Positions 55,695 to 64,000 of a DNA stretch of 64,000 nt are shown one piece after another. Within the stretch, counting starts at the first letter, position 1. Each line of letters starts with the position of its first letter. The notes beneath the pieces were generated by a model, which was not told where the DNA came from, made no database searches, and was given only the letters and a program-made list of their open reading frames with translations. A program made the translations under genes and the position numbers. Source of the DNA: an uncultured Candidatus Binatia bacterium (lineage in GTDB: Bacteria > Desulfobacterota > Binatia > UBA9968 > JAJDTQ01); the NCBI GenBank assembly GCA_965242525.1, contig OZ251459.1:1792001-1856000 (forward strand), written 5' to 3'.

Positions 55695-56150
55695 TCAGGC
55701 GCAGAGCCTCAGGCGCAGCTCTTGCAGGGCCGTCGGAAAGAGTTCCGGGTCCTTGGAAAGCGCGGTCTTGTACAGGACGTAGCGTTCGTGCGCAGCCCAG
55801 CGTCCCCACTCCGCGAGGGTCACCCGCACCCCCGCGCCGCCGCTTCGCACCGCCACCGGCTCCGGCACGCCGGCCGCGGTCCAGGCGTCCCCGTCCAGCG
55901 CGGGGCAACGTTCGACCGGGGCGTTCGCATGGGACCGGGCCAGGGCCGCGAGGAACGAGGCGAACACTTCCCTTTCCTCGTCCGTGTCCGCGGGCAGGTG
56001 GCAAAGCGCCCGGCGCTCTTCCATGCGGAAAGCGCGCCACGTCTTCAGCGGCAACCGCACCCCGGCCAGGTCGAGCTTCATCCTCACGTGGAACGGTATC
56101 CGCTCCAGGCCCGGATAGAACTCCGCTTCGAATTCGAACCGATGGAACAC
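55695..56150 (-). CDS. Nitrate reductase-associated protein family (NarM-like)
   Basis: FEFEAEF...IPFHVRMKLDLAGVRL...W and W...ERYVLYK pattern. Confidence 0.7.
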   Translation of the reverse strand: MFHRFEFEAEFYPGLERIPFHVRMKLDLAGVRLPLKTWRAFRMEERRALCHLPADTDEEREVFASFLAALARSHANAPVERCPALDGDAWTAAGVPEPVAVRSGGAGVRVTLAEWGRWAAHERYVLYKTALSKDPELFPTALQELRLRLCA

Positions 56151-56165
56151 CGTCCCGCAGCCCCG

Positions 56166-57371
56166 CTAGAAGCCGCTCCCCCGCCGGCCTCCCTTGAGGA
56201 GGCGGATGCCCCACACCAGGAACACGGAGAAGACGAAGTTCCCCAGCGCGATCAGGAAGGGGACGGTGTAGCTTCCGGTGACGTCGTGCAGGAAACCGCC
56301 GAGCCAGGTCCCGATGGCCCCGCCGACGCCGATGCTCATGGTGAAGTAGCCGTAGATGGCGCCGAAGTCCCTGCCCAGGAAGACGTCGGCCGATATGGCC
56401 GACAGCACCAGCGCCCTGGACCCCTGGCCCAAGCCGTAGCACAGGGCGTACGCATAGAGGAGCACCGGGTGCTCGGTGCTGTCGGCCATCACCAGGGCGA
56501 GGATCCCCGCAGACGAGACCACCTGCACCAGGGTGTAAACGAGCTGGTGGTTGACGCGGTCCGTCAGGTAACCGAAGAGCACCCGGCCGAAGATGCTGGA
56601 TATCCCCATGAAACCGAGGACGGAGGCTGCGAAGAGCGGGCTGTAGCCGATGTCCACCGCATGGGCCACCTGGTGCGTGGTGATGATCTGGTTGCCCATG
56701 CTGGCGATGACCCGCGACAGGAACAGCAGCCAGAACATGGTGCTGACCAGCGCCTCCCCTACGGTCCAGTCCCCGGCGCCTGCGGCCGGGTCCGCGGCCT
56801 TCCGCGGCTCCGCCCGGTCACGGGGCATCAACATGCCCGAAGGCAGCACCACCAAGCCAAGGGCCAGGCCGCCCAGGGCCGCGTACGCGATGCGCCAGCC
56901 CCAGAAGTCGATGACGAACTGCGCCAGGGGCACCAGCAGGGCGAGGCCCACGCCGCCGCCGGCCCAGGCCAGACCCATGGCCAAGCCCCGGCGGCGGGTG
57001 AACTCGCGCGCGATGATGGCCACGTGGGGCACCATGCCCATGAGACCGAGCCCCAGGGCGGTGACCACTCCCAGCCAGAAGTACGCCTGCCACAACGACG
57101 AGACCGTGGCGCTGAAGGCCAAGCCAGCGGTGAGCAGCAGGCCCCCCAGCAACAGGGTCTTGCGCGGCCCCCACCGGTCCACCAGCGAGCCGGCCACCGG
57201 CAGGGAGAAACCTTCCACCAGCACCGACAGCGACAGCGCCCCCGCGGTGACCCCACGGGACCAGCCAAAGGCCTGGAACAGCGCCACGTAGAACACCGCA
57301 TAGGTGCCGCGGATGCCGCGGTTGAAACCTATGTGCAGGAAGCCCAGAGCCACTCGTCCGTAACGCTGCAC
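56166..57371 (-). CDS. MFS transporter
   Basis: About 12 TM helices, GSLVDRWGPR motif A, RRGLAMG and GYLTDR. Confidence 0.92.
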   Translation of the reverse strand: MQRYGRVALGFLHIGFNRGIRGTYAVFYVALFQAFGWSRGVTAGALSLSVLVEGFSLPVAGSLVDRWGPRKTLLLGGLLLTAGLAFSATVSSLWQAYFWLGVVTALGLGLMGMVPHVAIIAREFTRRRGLAMGLAWAGGGVGLALLVPLAQFVIDFWGWRIAYAALGGLALGLVVLPSGMLMPRDRAEPRKAADPAAGAGDWTVGEALVSTMFWLLFLSRVIASMGNQIITTHQVAHAVDIGYSPLFAASVLGFMGISSIFGRVLFGYLTDRVNHQLVYTLVQVVSSAGILALVMADSTEHPVLLYAYALCYGLGQGSRALVLSAISADVFLGRDFGAIYGYFTMSIGVGGAIGTWLGGFLHDVTGSYTVPFLIALGNFVFSVFLVWGIRLLKGGRRGSGF

Positions 57372-57410
57372 CGTCGTAACCAGCCAACCAGGAATGTCGG
57401 TTACCCCCGA

Positions 57411-58271
57411 TTACTTCAGGAACTCGTCGGTCCAGGAGTCGTACCGGCCGCGGCCCAGGGCCAAGTCCATCAACTCCGGGGAGGCGGCCCGGTCCCGGAG
57501 GTCCGCGGGAGGGCGGCCCTGCCGCAGGTGCACGTACGACTCGTGGAGCGCGCGCACCGCGACCTGGAACGGCGCGTGCCCCTGGAGCGCCACCCGCACG
57601 CCGTTGGCCGCGAGGAACTCGCGGTCCTGGAGGTCCGGGGGGACCGCGCCCAGCACCAACGGCAGGCGGGTCATGGCCCCGATGCGCTCCACCTGGTCCC
57701 GGGACTTCACGCCGGTGAGGAAGATTCCGTCGGCCCCCGCGGCCTCGCACGCCTCGACCCGCACGGCCACTCCATCGGTCCCCTGGGCCGGAAGGACTCC
57801 GCTTCGACCCAGGATCACGAGGTCCGGATCCGAACGGGCCGCGGCCGCGGCCTTCAGTTTGCCGGAGAACTCCTCCACCGAGATGAACTCGGCCCCTTCC
57901 TGCCGGAAGCCTCTGGGCAACCGCGTGTCCTCAATGGTCAGGGCCGACGCTCCCGCCGACTCCAACTCCTCCACGGTCCTCATGACGCTCAGGGCGTTGC
58001 CGTAACCGTGGTCCGCGTCCACCATCAGCGGCGCCTCCCCGGCCCGGACGATGCGGCGCACCTGCTCGGCGAACTCCGTGAGGGTCAGCACCACGAGGTC
58101 CGGCGCCCCCAGCACCGCGGCCGAGGCGGTGGACCCCGCCAGCATGGCGGTCTCGAAACCCGCGGCTTCGGCCAGCCGCACGGACACGGGATCGAACACG
58201 GACGCCGGGTAATGGCAGACGGTCCCCTGCAGCAACCGGCGGTACTGCCGGCGGCGGTGGGTGAAAGTCAC
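57411..58271 (-). CDS. Isocitrate lyase/PEP mutase family protein (oxaloacetate decarboxylase-like)
   Basis: SVFDP, LGAPDL, VDADHGYGNA and TIEDT.LP without the KKCGH loop. Confidence 0.85.
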   Translation of the reverse strand: MTFTHRRRQYRRLLQGTVCHYPASVFDPVSVRLAEAAGFETAMLAGSTASAAVLGAPDLVVLTLTEFAEQVRRIVRAGEAPLMVDADHGYGNALSVMRTVEELESAGASALTIEDTRLPRGFRQEGAEFISVEEFSGKLKAAAAARSDPDLVILGRSGVLPAQGTDGVAVRVEACEAAGADGIFLTGVKSRDQVERIGAMTRLPLVLGAVPPDLQDREFLAANGVRVALQGHAPFQVAVRALHESYVHLRQGRPPADLRDRAASPELMDLALGRGRYDSWTDEFLK

Positions 58272-58331
58272 GGTCTTCTCCAGAACATCTGGTCAATCCT
58301 GACCTGAGGCGCCTCTCCCCATGGGAAAGCA

Positions 58332-58391
58332 CGTCCTTCGACTTCGCTTCACTACGCTCAGGACGAACGGGGGCAACTGTTCAGGGTTGCC
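58332..58391 (-). repeat. Partial copy of the MITE/REP core
   Basis: CCTTCGACTTCGCTTCACTACGCTCAGGACGAACGG is the reverse complement of the core motif. Confidence 0.7.
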
Positions 58392-58482
58392 CTCATCGAG
58401 AGGGCCCGGGGCTTCGACGTTTCCCTCCGCGATGACGGCCGGGGCTTCGACGCCCCCGCGGGACGGAACCCGCAGACGAGGC

Positions 58483-59460
58483 TCAATCGCCCGGGTCCAG
58501 TCGCAGGTAGTCGTAGCGGTCCCCGGACGCCACGCGCACCTCCTCCACTCGAACCCCCTTGAGGACGTTGAGCGGAACGCTCACACCCGCGGAGCCAAGG
58601 GACCAGACCTTGCGGTAGAGATCCGCCAGGCCTTCCACCGGGGCGCCATCGACTCCGGCGATCAGGTCCCCCGCCAGAAGGCCCGAGCGCGCCGCGGGTC
58701 CTCCCTTGGATACACGACGAACCACCACACGTCCACCCGACTCTTCCATCTGCGCCCCCAGCCAGGGCCTCGGCCTGGCCGCGGACCTGCCCTTCGACAC
58801 GAGGTCCGACAGGATCGGCTTCAGCAGGTCGATGGGCACGAACATGTTGCCCGGCACCGGATGTCCGGGCACCGCCTCCGGGACCTGGAGCGACCCGACG
58901 CCCAGCAGGCTGCCGCCGCGGTCGATCAACGCGGCCCCGCCGAAGGCGGAGTGGTGCGGCGCGGTAAAGATGGCCCGCTCCAGCAGGTATTCCCAGTAGC
59001 CCGCGAACACGCGCCGGGAGACTACATACGCCTCCTGCCCGGATGGCCCGCTCCCGGAGTAGCTGAGGATCAGCACCTCCGACCCGCGTTCGAGACCCCC
59101 GGACGCCCCCAGCGCCAAGGGGCGGGAACCCATCGGCGACAGGGCGCGGAGCAGGCCGAAACCCGTGGCATGGTCGTAGGCCACCACCTTGGCCGGCGCC
59201 TCCTTGCCCCGGGCGTCGGTCACGCGCACGCGGGACGCTTCCAGGATCAGGTAGCCGATGGTGAGTATGAGCCCGCGGGAGTCGATGACCACGCCGCTGC
59301 CTTCCCGCAACGGGCCGAGGGAACCCGCGGTGCGCGCGTCCGCGGGTACTTCCGCCCGGACCTTCACCATCGCGTCGAGGGTCTCCGCAGTGAACTCCTC
59401 GCCGGACACGGGCGCCGCCAGACCAAGGACCAGGACCACGATGAGACCTACCCTTCCCAT
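58483..59460 (-). CDS. Trypsin-like/PDZ (S1C/HtrA-like) protein lacking the catalytic triad
   Basis: Signal peptide, GSGVVID...LTIGYL, AFGGAALID and PWLG...GPAARSGLLAGDLI PDZ domain. Confidence 0.85.
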   Translation of the reverse strand: MGRVGLIVVLVLGLAAPVSGEEFTAETLDAMVKVRAEVPADARTAGSLGPLREGSGVVIDSRGLILTIGYLILEASRVRVTDARGKEAPAKVVAYDHATGFGLLRALSPMGSRPLALGASGGLERGSEVLILSYSGSGPSGQEAYVVSRRVFAGYWEYLLERAIFTAPHHSAFGGAALIDRGGSLLGVGSLQVPEAVPGHPVPGNMFVPIDLLKPILSDLVSKGRSAARPRPWLGAQMEESGGRVVVRRVSKGGPAARSGLLAGDLIAGVDGAPVEGLADLYRKVWSLGSAGVSVPLNVLKGVRVEEVRVASGDRYDYLRLDPGD

Positions 59461-59689
59461 GAGACACCTCCATACCCTGCAAGACCGTCGCACTCCCGAC
59501 CCCGCGGCCGGACTCCCGCGCCCGCGCATGGGCTTCGACCGCCGGAGGCAAGACCGACCGCACAGAGCCTTCTACTCCCATTGCCCATTGTACTCCCGCG
59601 GTCACCGGAATGCACCAGAGCGATCCAGACACGGGACACCCGGATCCGGCCTTGAAGCGCGCCAGCCCGCGGTCACCTGAATGCATTTG

Positions 59690-59830
59690 GGAACCTCTGA
59701 ACAATCGAGACATCCGGGATGGATTCCCGATTCCCTCACCCTGACGCCCCTATTTCCGTTCGTCCTGAGCGTAGCGAAGCGGAGTCGAAGGACGTGCTCA
59801 TGCCCCCTGTCCGGATTGTTCAGAGGTTCC
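59690..59830 (+). mobile_element. MITE with perfect 17-bp terminal inverted repeats and 4-bp TSD
   Basis: GGAACCTCTGAACAATC...GATTGTTCAGAGGTTCC, flanked by TTTG on both sides. No transposase ORF. Confidence 0.8.
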
Positions 59831-59852
59831 TTTGATCGGTTCGGGCGCAGAA

Positions 59853-60001
59853 GCGAGACATCCAGGATGGAATCCCTCCCCCTGACACCCCTGTCCCCGT
59901 TCGTCCTGAGCCTGAGCGTAGCGGAGATTCCCGTTCGTCCTGAGCGTAGCGAAGCGAAGTCGAAGGACGCGCCCATGTTCCCCGGATCGTCCAGGGGTTT
60001 C
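59853..60001 (+). mobile_element. Second, rearranged MITE copy in tandem
   Basis: CGAGACATCCAGGATGG, a duplicated CCGTTCGTCCTGAGC core and a decayed right end GGATCGTCCAGGGGTTTC. Confidence 0.65.
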
Positions 60002-60060
60002 TATGGTAACATGTGGACTCGTTCCCGCGGACAGGTACGGAACAGGACGGTCGAACCACC

Positions 60061-61014
60061 ATGCCCCCCAGACTTCGCATTGGAGTCAGCGCTTGTCTCC
60101 TGGGTCATTCCATCCGCTACGACGGCGGCCACAAACGCCACCGCGTGGTCACGGAAACACTGTCGCGCATCTTCGACGTCGTGTCCGTCTGCCCAGAGTG
60201 GGAGGCGGGCATGGGAGTCCCGCGGGAGCCGGTGGAACTCGTGGGCGACCCGAAAGATCCCCGCATGATCGGGAAACGGTCCGGCACGGACTGGACCGAG
60301 ACCATGCGCCAACACGGGCGTCAGCGGACCGCAGAGATCGAGAAGCTGGAGGTGTCGGGGTTCATCTTCAAGCAGGGCTCCCCAAGCTGCGGGTTGAACG
60401 GCGTCCCGGTGCAGTCCGGGGACGCTGACCTTGCGGGCCGCGGCCTGTTCGCACGGACGCTGACGGAGGCGCTCCCGCTCATGCCCATGGAAGAAGAAGT
60501 CCGGCTGGACGACGCACCGTTGTGCGAGAACTTCGTCGAGCGCGTGCACGCCTACCGGGAATGGCGCGACTGGACTGGCGAGGAAGCCTCCCTGGGAAGA
60601 CTCATGGACTTCCACGCCCGCCACAAACTCACCCTCCTGGCCCACAGCGAGACACACATGCGGCTGCTGGGACGCCTGCTGGCAAAGGCCAAGACAGCCC
60701 CGCTCGACCGGGTGACGGCCCGATACGGCACCCTCTTTATGGAGGCCCTCAAGCAGCCGGCCACCACCGGAACCAACACCAACGCGCTACAGCACGCAGC
60801 CGGGTTCCTGTCCCACCGCATGGACCCCGAAGAGCGCAAACGGCTCGCCGCGCTGGTGGACGACTACCGCCGGGGGATCGGCCCCCTATCCACACCCTTG
60901 GCCCTCCTACGCCACCACGCCGCTGAACAGAGGGATGTGTACGTCCTACGCCAGAGCTTTCTGCATGAGCACCCTATGCCCGCGGCCCTTTGCCAGAGCC
61001 AGCCGCAACGCTAG
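60061..61014 (+). CDS. DUF523 + DUF1722 protein (YbgA / 2-thiouracil desulfurase-like)
   Basis: IGVSACLLG..IRYDGGH, VCPE, SPSCG and ENFVERV...FHARHKLTLLAHS. Confidence 0.9.
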   Translation: MPPRLRIGVSACLLGHSIRYDGGHKRHRVVTETLSRIFDVVSVCPEWEAGMGVPREPVELVGDPKDPRMIGKRSGTDWTETMRQHGRQRTAEIEKLEVSGFIFKQGSPSCGLNGVPVQSGDADLAGRGLFARTLTEALPLMPMEEEVRLDDAPLCENFVERVHAYREWRDWTGEEASLGRLMDFHARHKLTLLAHSETHMRLLGRLLAKAKTAPLDRVTARYGTLFMEALKQPATTGTNTNALQHAAGFLSHRMDPEERKRLAALVDDYRRGIGPLSTPLALLRHHAAEQRDVYVLRQSFLHEHPMPAALCQSQPQR

Positions 61015-61181
61015 ACTTCTGTCCGGGGCGCCGTCTTTGCTATACCTAGATCGCTTACTGGCTTCGGGCAAGGGTTGAGAGGACGGAAGGGAATGTCGTA
61101 TATGCGGAAGCGGAGAGCAGACAAAGCCGTGTTTACCTCCTTTGCCGCTCGCCGCCACTAAACCAGACAGGAGGTTGCAGC

Positions 61182-62063
61182 ATGAGCGTTAACCCGGATA
61201 ATGAAACATCTGGTATGACAGAGTATGAGCGCCAGAGGATCACTTTAAGGGAAAGGAAGGTGACGAGAAAAATCAAATCGATTGCATATCTGCTTTGGTT
61301 CTTTCTTGGGTGGTTAATGATTCATAGGATGTATCTCGGACATTTTAAGAGTGCGACGCTCTGGTGTGTGATGTTCATTGCCGGTGCAGTGATGTTCTTT
61401 ATCGAGGTATTGTTTCAGCCTTTGCCCGACCTCCTCCGGATCGTAGTTCTGCTTTTGTGGCTTGCTTGTCTAGCGAGATGGATTGTTGACTTGTTTCGTA
61501 CTCCGGGGATGGCCCGGAACAAGATCCAGATTGCCCGGAACAAGGTTCAAGCAGAGGAAGAGCGGCGCATTTGGGAAGAGAAAGAAGAGGCATTGCGACA
61601 CAGGCTCCAAGCAGAAGAAGAACACCGCATATGGGGAGAGAAGGAAGAGGCCTTGCGACACAAAGTTCAAGCAGAGGAAGAGCAGCGCATCCGGGAAGAG
61701 CAGGAAGAGGCGTTGCGACGGGAGAAAGAGGCCAGCGAGAGGGAACGCGAGCCAGAGAATAAAACCCGAGAGTTGCGGATGAGCGTTACGAACCCGAATA
61801 ATGAAACCTCTGGTATGACAGAGCATGAACGCATGGAGGGCATGCTAAGGAACATGTGGACAAATATCTGGAAGGGGGCGCTTGGGATTGTCATATTGCT
61901 TCTGTTGGTTGTTGTGATACTCTACCGCAGTGATTGGGGACAGGTGCATAGTCATTGCAAGTCTGCGTCATTCAACCCGATCTTTTTCGGATCTAGCTCA
62001 CTCTCGGACATCTACAAAAGATGCATGAGAGCGAATGATTACCCCATCTTCCCTCTACCTTGA
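61182..62063 (+). CDS. TM2 (NINE) domain membrane protein with charged repeats
   Basis: KSIAYLLWFFLGWLMIHRMYLG TM2 motif. AGGAGG RBS. Lower GC than the flanks. Confidence 0.75.
   Translation: MSVNPDNETSGMTEYERQRITLRERKVTRKIKSIAYLLWFFLGWLMIHRMYLGHFKSATLWCVMFIAGAVMFFIEVLFQPLPDLLRIVVLLLWLACLARWIVDLFRTPGMARNKIQIARNKVQAEEERRIWEEKEEALRHRLQAEEEHRIWGEKEEALRHKVQAEEEQRIREEQEEALRREKEASEREREPENKTRELRMSVTNPNNETSGMTEHERMEGMLRNMWTNIWKGALGIVILLLLVVVILYRSDWGQVHSHCKSASFNPIFFGSSSLSDIYKRCMRANDYPIFPLP
61536..61718 (+). repeat. Three tandem 60-bp coding repeats
   Basis: R[NH]xxQAEEExRIxxExEEAL occurs three times. Confidence 0.85.
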
Positions 62064-62406
62064 CCCTTTGTGGTTGTAGTAGGTAGTAGAGCTTCAAGCC
62101 TGAATAACCAGATGGGGGTTGAAATGAAAGGGTTGCTCGCGCTGTCGTTGATGGTGGCGTTGCTGGCTATAGGGCCAACTCCTCCAGAAACTTCCCCTTC
62201 CGCGTCTGCTTGTCGTACTTCTCGAAAATTCGCCGCGCCAACACCTGCTGTTTCATGCCCCCTGCCTCCAGGTCTCTGTAATCCTCCTATCCTACCTCTT
62301 GTTTTCTCTTTTCGCTACCTTTATCCTCTTGGGATAAGGAATAAATCAGAGGTTCCTATTAGCATTAACTCTATACAGAGTCACTAACGAGTGAAAGGAG
62401 TTCATC

Positions 62407-62715
62407 ATGGAAAAGAATACGAAGATCACGTTGGTTCTCAAAGACGGAAGCAATCTCACATTTGAGGCGCTTCGTCGCGAGGAGATGATTGAGGGGGAAC
62501 ATCACGATACCATGTACACGATTGAGAAAAAGATCGAGACGGAGATCCTGAATCAAGTGATGGTCTTGCGGGACGCAGAATATCCTGATGTAGAGCAAAA
62601 AATCCTCAATTTTGCGGAAGTCGATTCTGCAATCCGAGCCAATGGGGTTGCAACCTGGATTACGACCGACATCGAGAGTGGGAAGCTGGGATCGTCTAGG
62701 AGCAGGTCCAAGTAG
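62407..62715 (+). CDS. Hypothetical protein (102 aa)
   Basis: GAAAGGAG RBS, open frame in lower-GC DNA, no recognised motif. Confidence 0.55.
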   Translation: MEKNTKITLVLKDGSNLTFEALRREEMIEGEHHDTMYTIEKKIETEILNQVMVLRDAEYPDVEQKILNFAEVDSAIRANGVATWITTDIESGKLGSSRSRSK

Positions 62716-62758
62716 GAGAATCGCGACGAGAAGCAGACAAATTCCGGGCGGATTCCAA

Positions 62759-62891
62759 GGAACCTCTGAAAATCGAGACAAAGAGCATGAGCGCACCCTT
62801 CGACTCCGCTTCGCTACACTCAGGACAACGGGGATAAGAGGGGTCAGGATGAGGAAACCCATCCTGGATGTCTCGATTGTTCAGAGGTTCT
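62759..62891 (-). mobile_element. MITE copy in inverted orientation
   Basis: GGAACCTCTGAAAATC...GATTGTTCAGAGGTTCT ends. The interior is the reverse complement of the 59690 copy. Confidence 0.78.
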
Positions 62892-62980
62892 CATAGCAAA
62901 TCGAGAAGTGGCCGATCTGCTTTTCGCAGCAAATCGACCCTTCGTGCGGGCTCGGCGTCCCAAGGTCATCTTCCCGCGGC

Positions 62981-63012
62981 AAAAGCCCCCGTCTTCGGAT
63001 GGGGGCTTTTTT
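62981..63012. terminator. Bidirectional intrinsic terminator
   Basis: AAAAGCCCCCGTC-TTCG-GATGGGGGCTTTTTT between convergent genes. Confidence 0.85.
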
Positions 63013-63105
63013 GTCGAACCCGGTCTCTGCAGCGGCCTGCGGAACCGGATCGTCGGGCGGGACGGAATCCCGGAACCGGGCACAGCGGAGACGGCCGGGG
63101 TCGGG

Positions 63106-63936
63106 TTACGCCGCCCCGTGGGCCAGGATTCCGTAAGCGTACAACCCCGCCAGCTTGGCGAGCGCCGACGCGCCGCCGGGGACCGCCCTTTGGCCAACTT
63201 CCCACAGGTTGCCGGACTCGGCCACCTTCAGGCCGGTGCGTTCAGCCAATGCCTCGAGATCGTCGAAACCCGTCAACCACTTCACGTTCAAGGTCTTCTC
63301 GAACATGTCGGTGACCGCGGTGACCTCGTCGTTGCCGGAGGTCCGGTCGATGACCTGCCTGGAGAAATAGTCGAAGGCGATCTTGAACGAAGGGACCCTG
63401 CCGCGCAATCCACTGAGGAAGCCGTGGATCAGGTCTTCCGGCAGGTACATGGTATTGCCTTCCCAGACGAACAGGACCGTGGCGTCGAGGTCGAACCCCA
63501 CTTCCGCCAGCTTCCCGGGCAGATCCACCTCCAGGTAGTTGCACGGAACCGCGGCGCAAGGGGTCAAGCCGCGGCCTTGGAGGACCTTGCTCTTGAAGGC
63601 CAGCACCGCGGGTTGATCCACGTCACAGAAGCGAACCCCTTCGGCCTGGAACATCAGCGCTCGCATGTCGAACCCGGCGCCGAGGACCACCACCTGCCGC
63701 ACGCCGTTGTCGATCTCGCGCCGAACGATGTCGTCGAACAGGAAGGAGCGGTAACGGATCAACTCCATCCCGTCCGGGAGCACCGCAAACACCTTGCGGA
63801 CCTGTTCCCTTACTTGGTCCGTGACGAAGAACTCCGCGTAGGGGTCCTCGAACAGGGGATGTTCCTGGCTCTTTTCCTTCTCCCGAATGCCTGCGATGAA
63901 GAACGCGGTTGCGCCGACTTCGTTGATGTCCGACAT
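63106..63936 (-). CDS. SAM-dependent methyltransferase (LCM/TIGR00027-like)
   Basis: LFEDPYA, RQVVVLGAGFDMRA, DVDQP and WEGNTMYL. GGAGG RBS. Confidence 0.9.
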   Translation of the reverse strand: MSDINEVGATAFFIAGIREKEKSQEHPLFEDPYAEFFVTDQVREQVRKVFAVLPDGMELIRYRSFLFDDIVRREIDNGVRQVVVLGAGFDMRALMFQAEGVRFCDVDQPAVLAFKSKVLQGRGLTPCAAVPCNYLEVDLPGKLAEVGFDLDATVLFVWEGNTMYLPEDLIHGFLSGLRGRVPSFKIAFDYFSRQVIDRTSGNDEVTAVTDMFEKTLNVKWLTGFDDLEALAERTGLKVAESGNLWEVGQRAVPGGASALAKLAGLYAYGILAHGAA

Positions 63937-64000
63937 GACGATCCCTCCTCCAATACACCCGCGAACGACGGTTGCGACGAAAACACCTACCGCAAACCAC

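Noticed and set aside
58407-58453. CCGGGGCTTCGACG direct repeat (two copies)
   Set aside because: Short, GC-rich and without supporting context.
59757-59965. Repeated CCGTTCGTCCTGAGC units as a CRISPR array
   Set aside because: Spacing is irregular, spacers are not unique, copies are dispersed and no cas genes are present. The MITE explains them.
62070-62387. 105-aa ORF with a signal-like segment (MKGLLALSLMVALLA)
   Set aside because: The downstream part is low-complexity and pyrimidine-rich. It may be a gene fragment, but it cannot be supported as a CDS.
62895-62980. Possible small RNA ahead of the terminator
   Set aside because: No recognisable 6S, SRP, tmRNA or RNase P motifs.

Overview
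High-GC bacterial chromosomal window, densely coding. Gene style resembles Deltaproteobacteria/Binatota MAGs, which is an unverified impression. Contents in order: a surface-polysaccharide cluster (1-12.7 kb); a ZMP/ZTP-riboswitch-led operon of class V aminotransferase, serA and purA; a gamma-glutamyltransferase homolog lacking its catalytic residues; a UvrD-led operon; a hydroxycinnamate uptake and cleavage operon (hydratase/lyase, TctCAB, NDP-forming CoA ligase); thrH and a cyclic amidohydrolase; decayed toxin-antitoxin and ATPase genes; a CoA-transferase pair with acyl-CoA dehydrogenase; a TbpB-like lipoprotein with Cys-pair repeats and a 22-nt homopolymer tract; a DUF3179 gene split by an in-frame TGA with a SECIS-like hairpin (probable exported UxxC selenoprotein); rodZ-ltaE-oxidoreductase-NTase-like-TPM-lemA; a mobA cluster; a protease-dead PDZ protein; and a lower-GC patch bounded by copies of a ~140-bp IS5-like MITE. 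No rRNA, tRNA, CRISPR array or intact transposase was seen. All assignments come from motif reading by eye, with no database searches.
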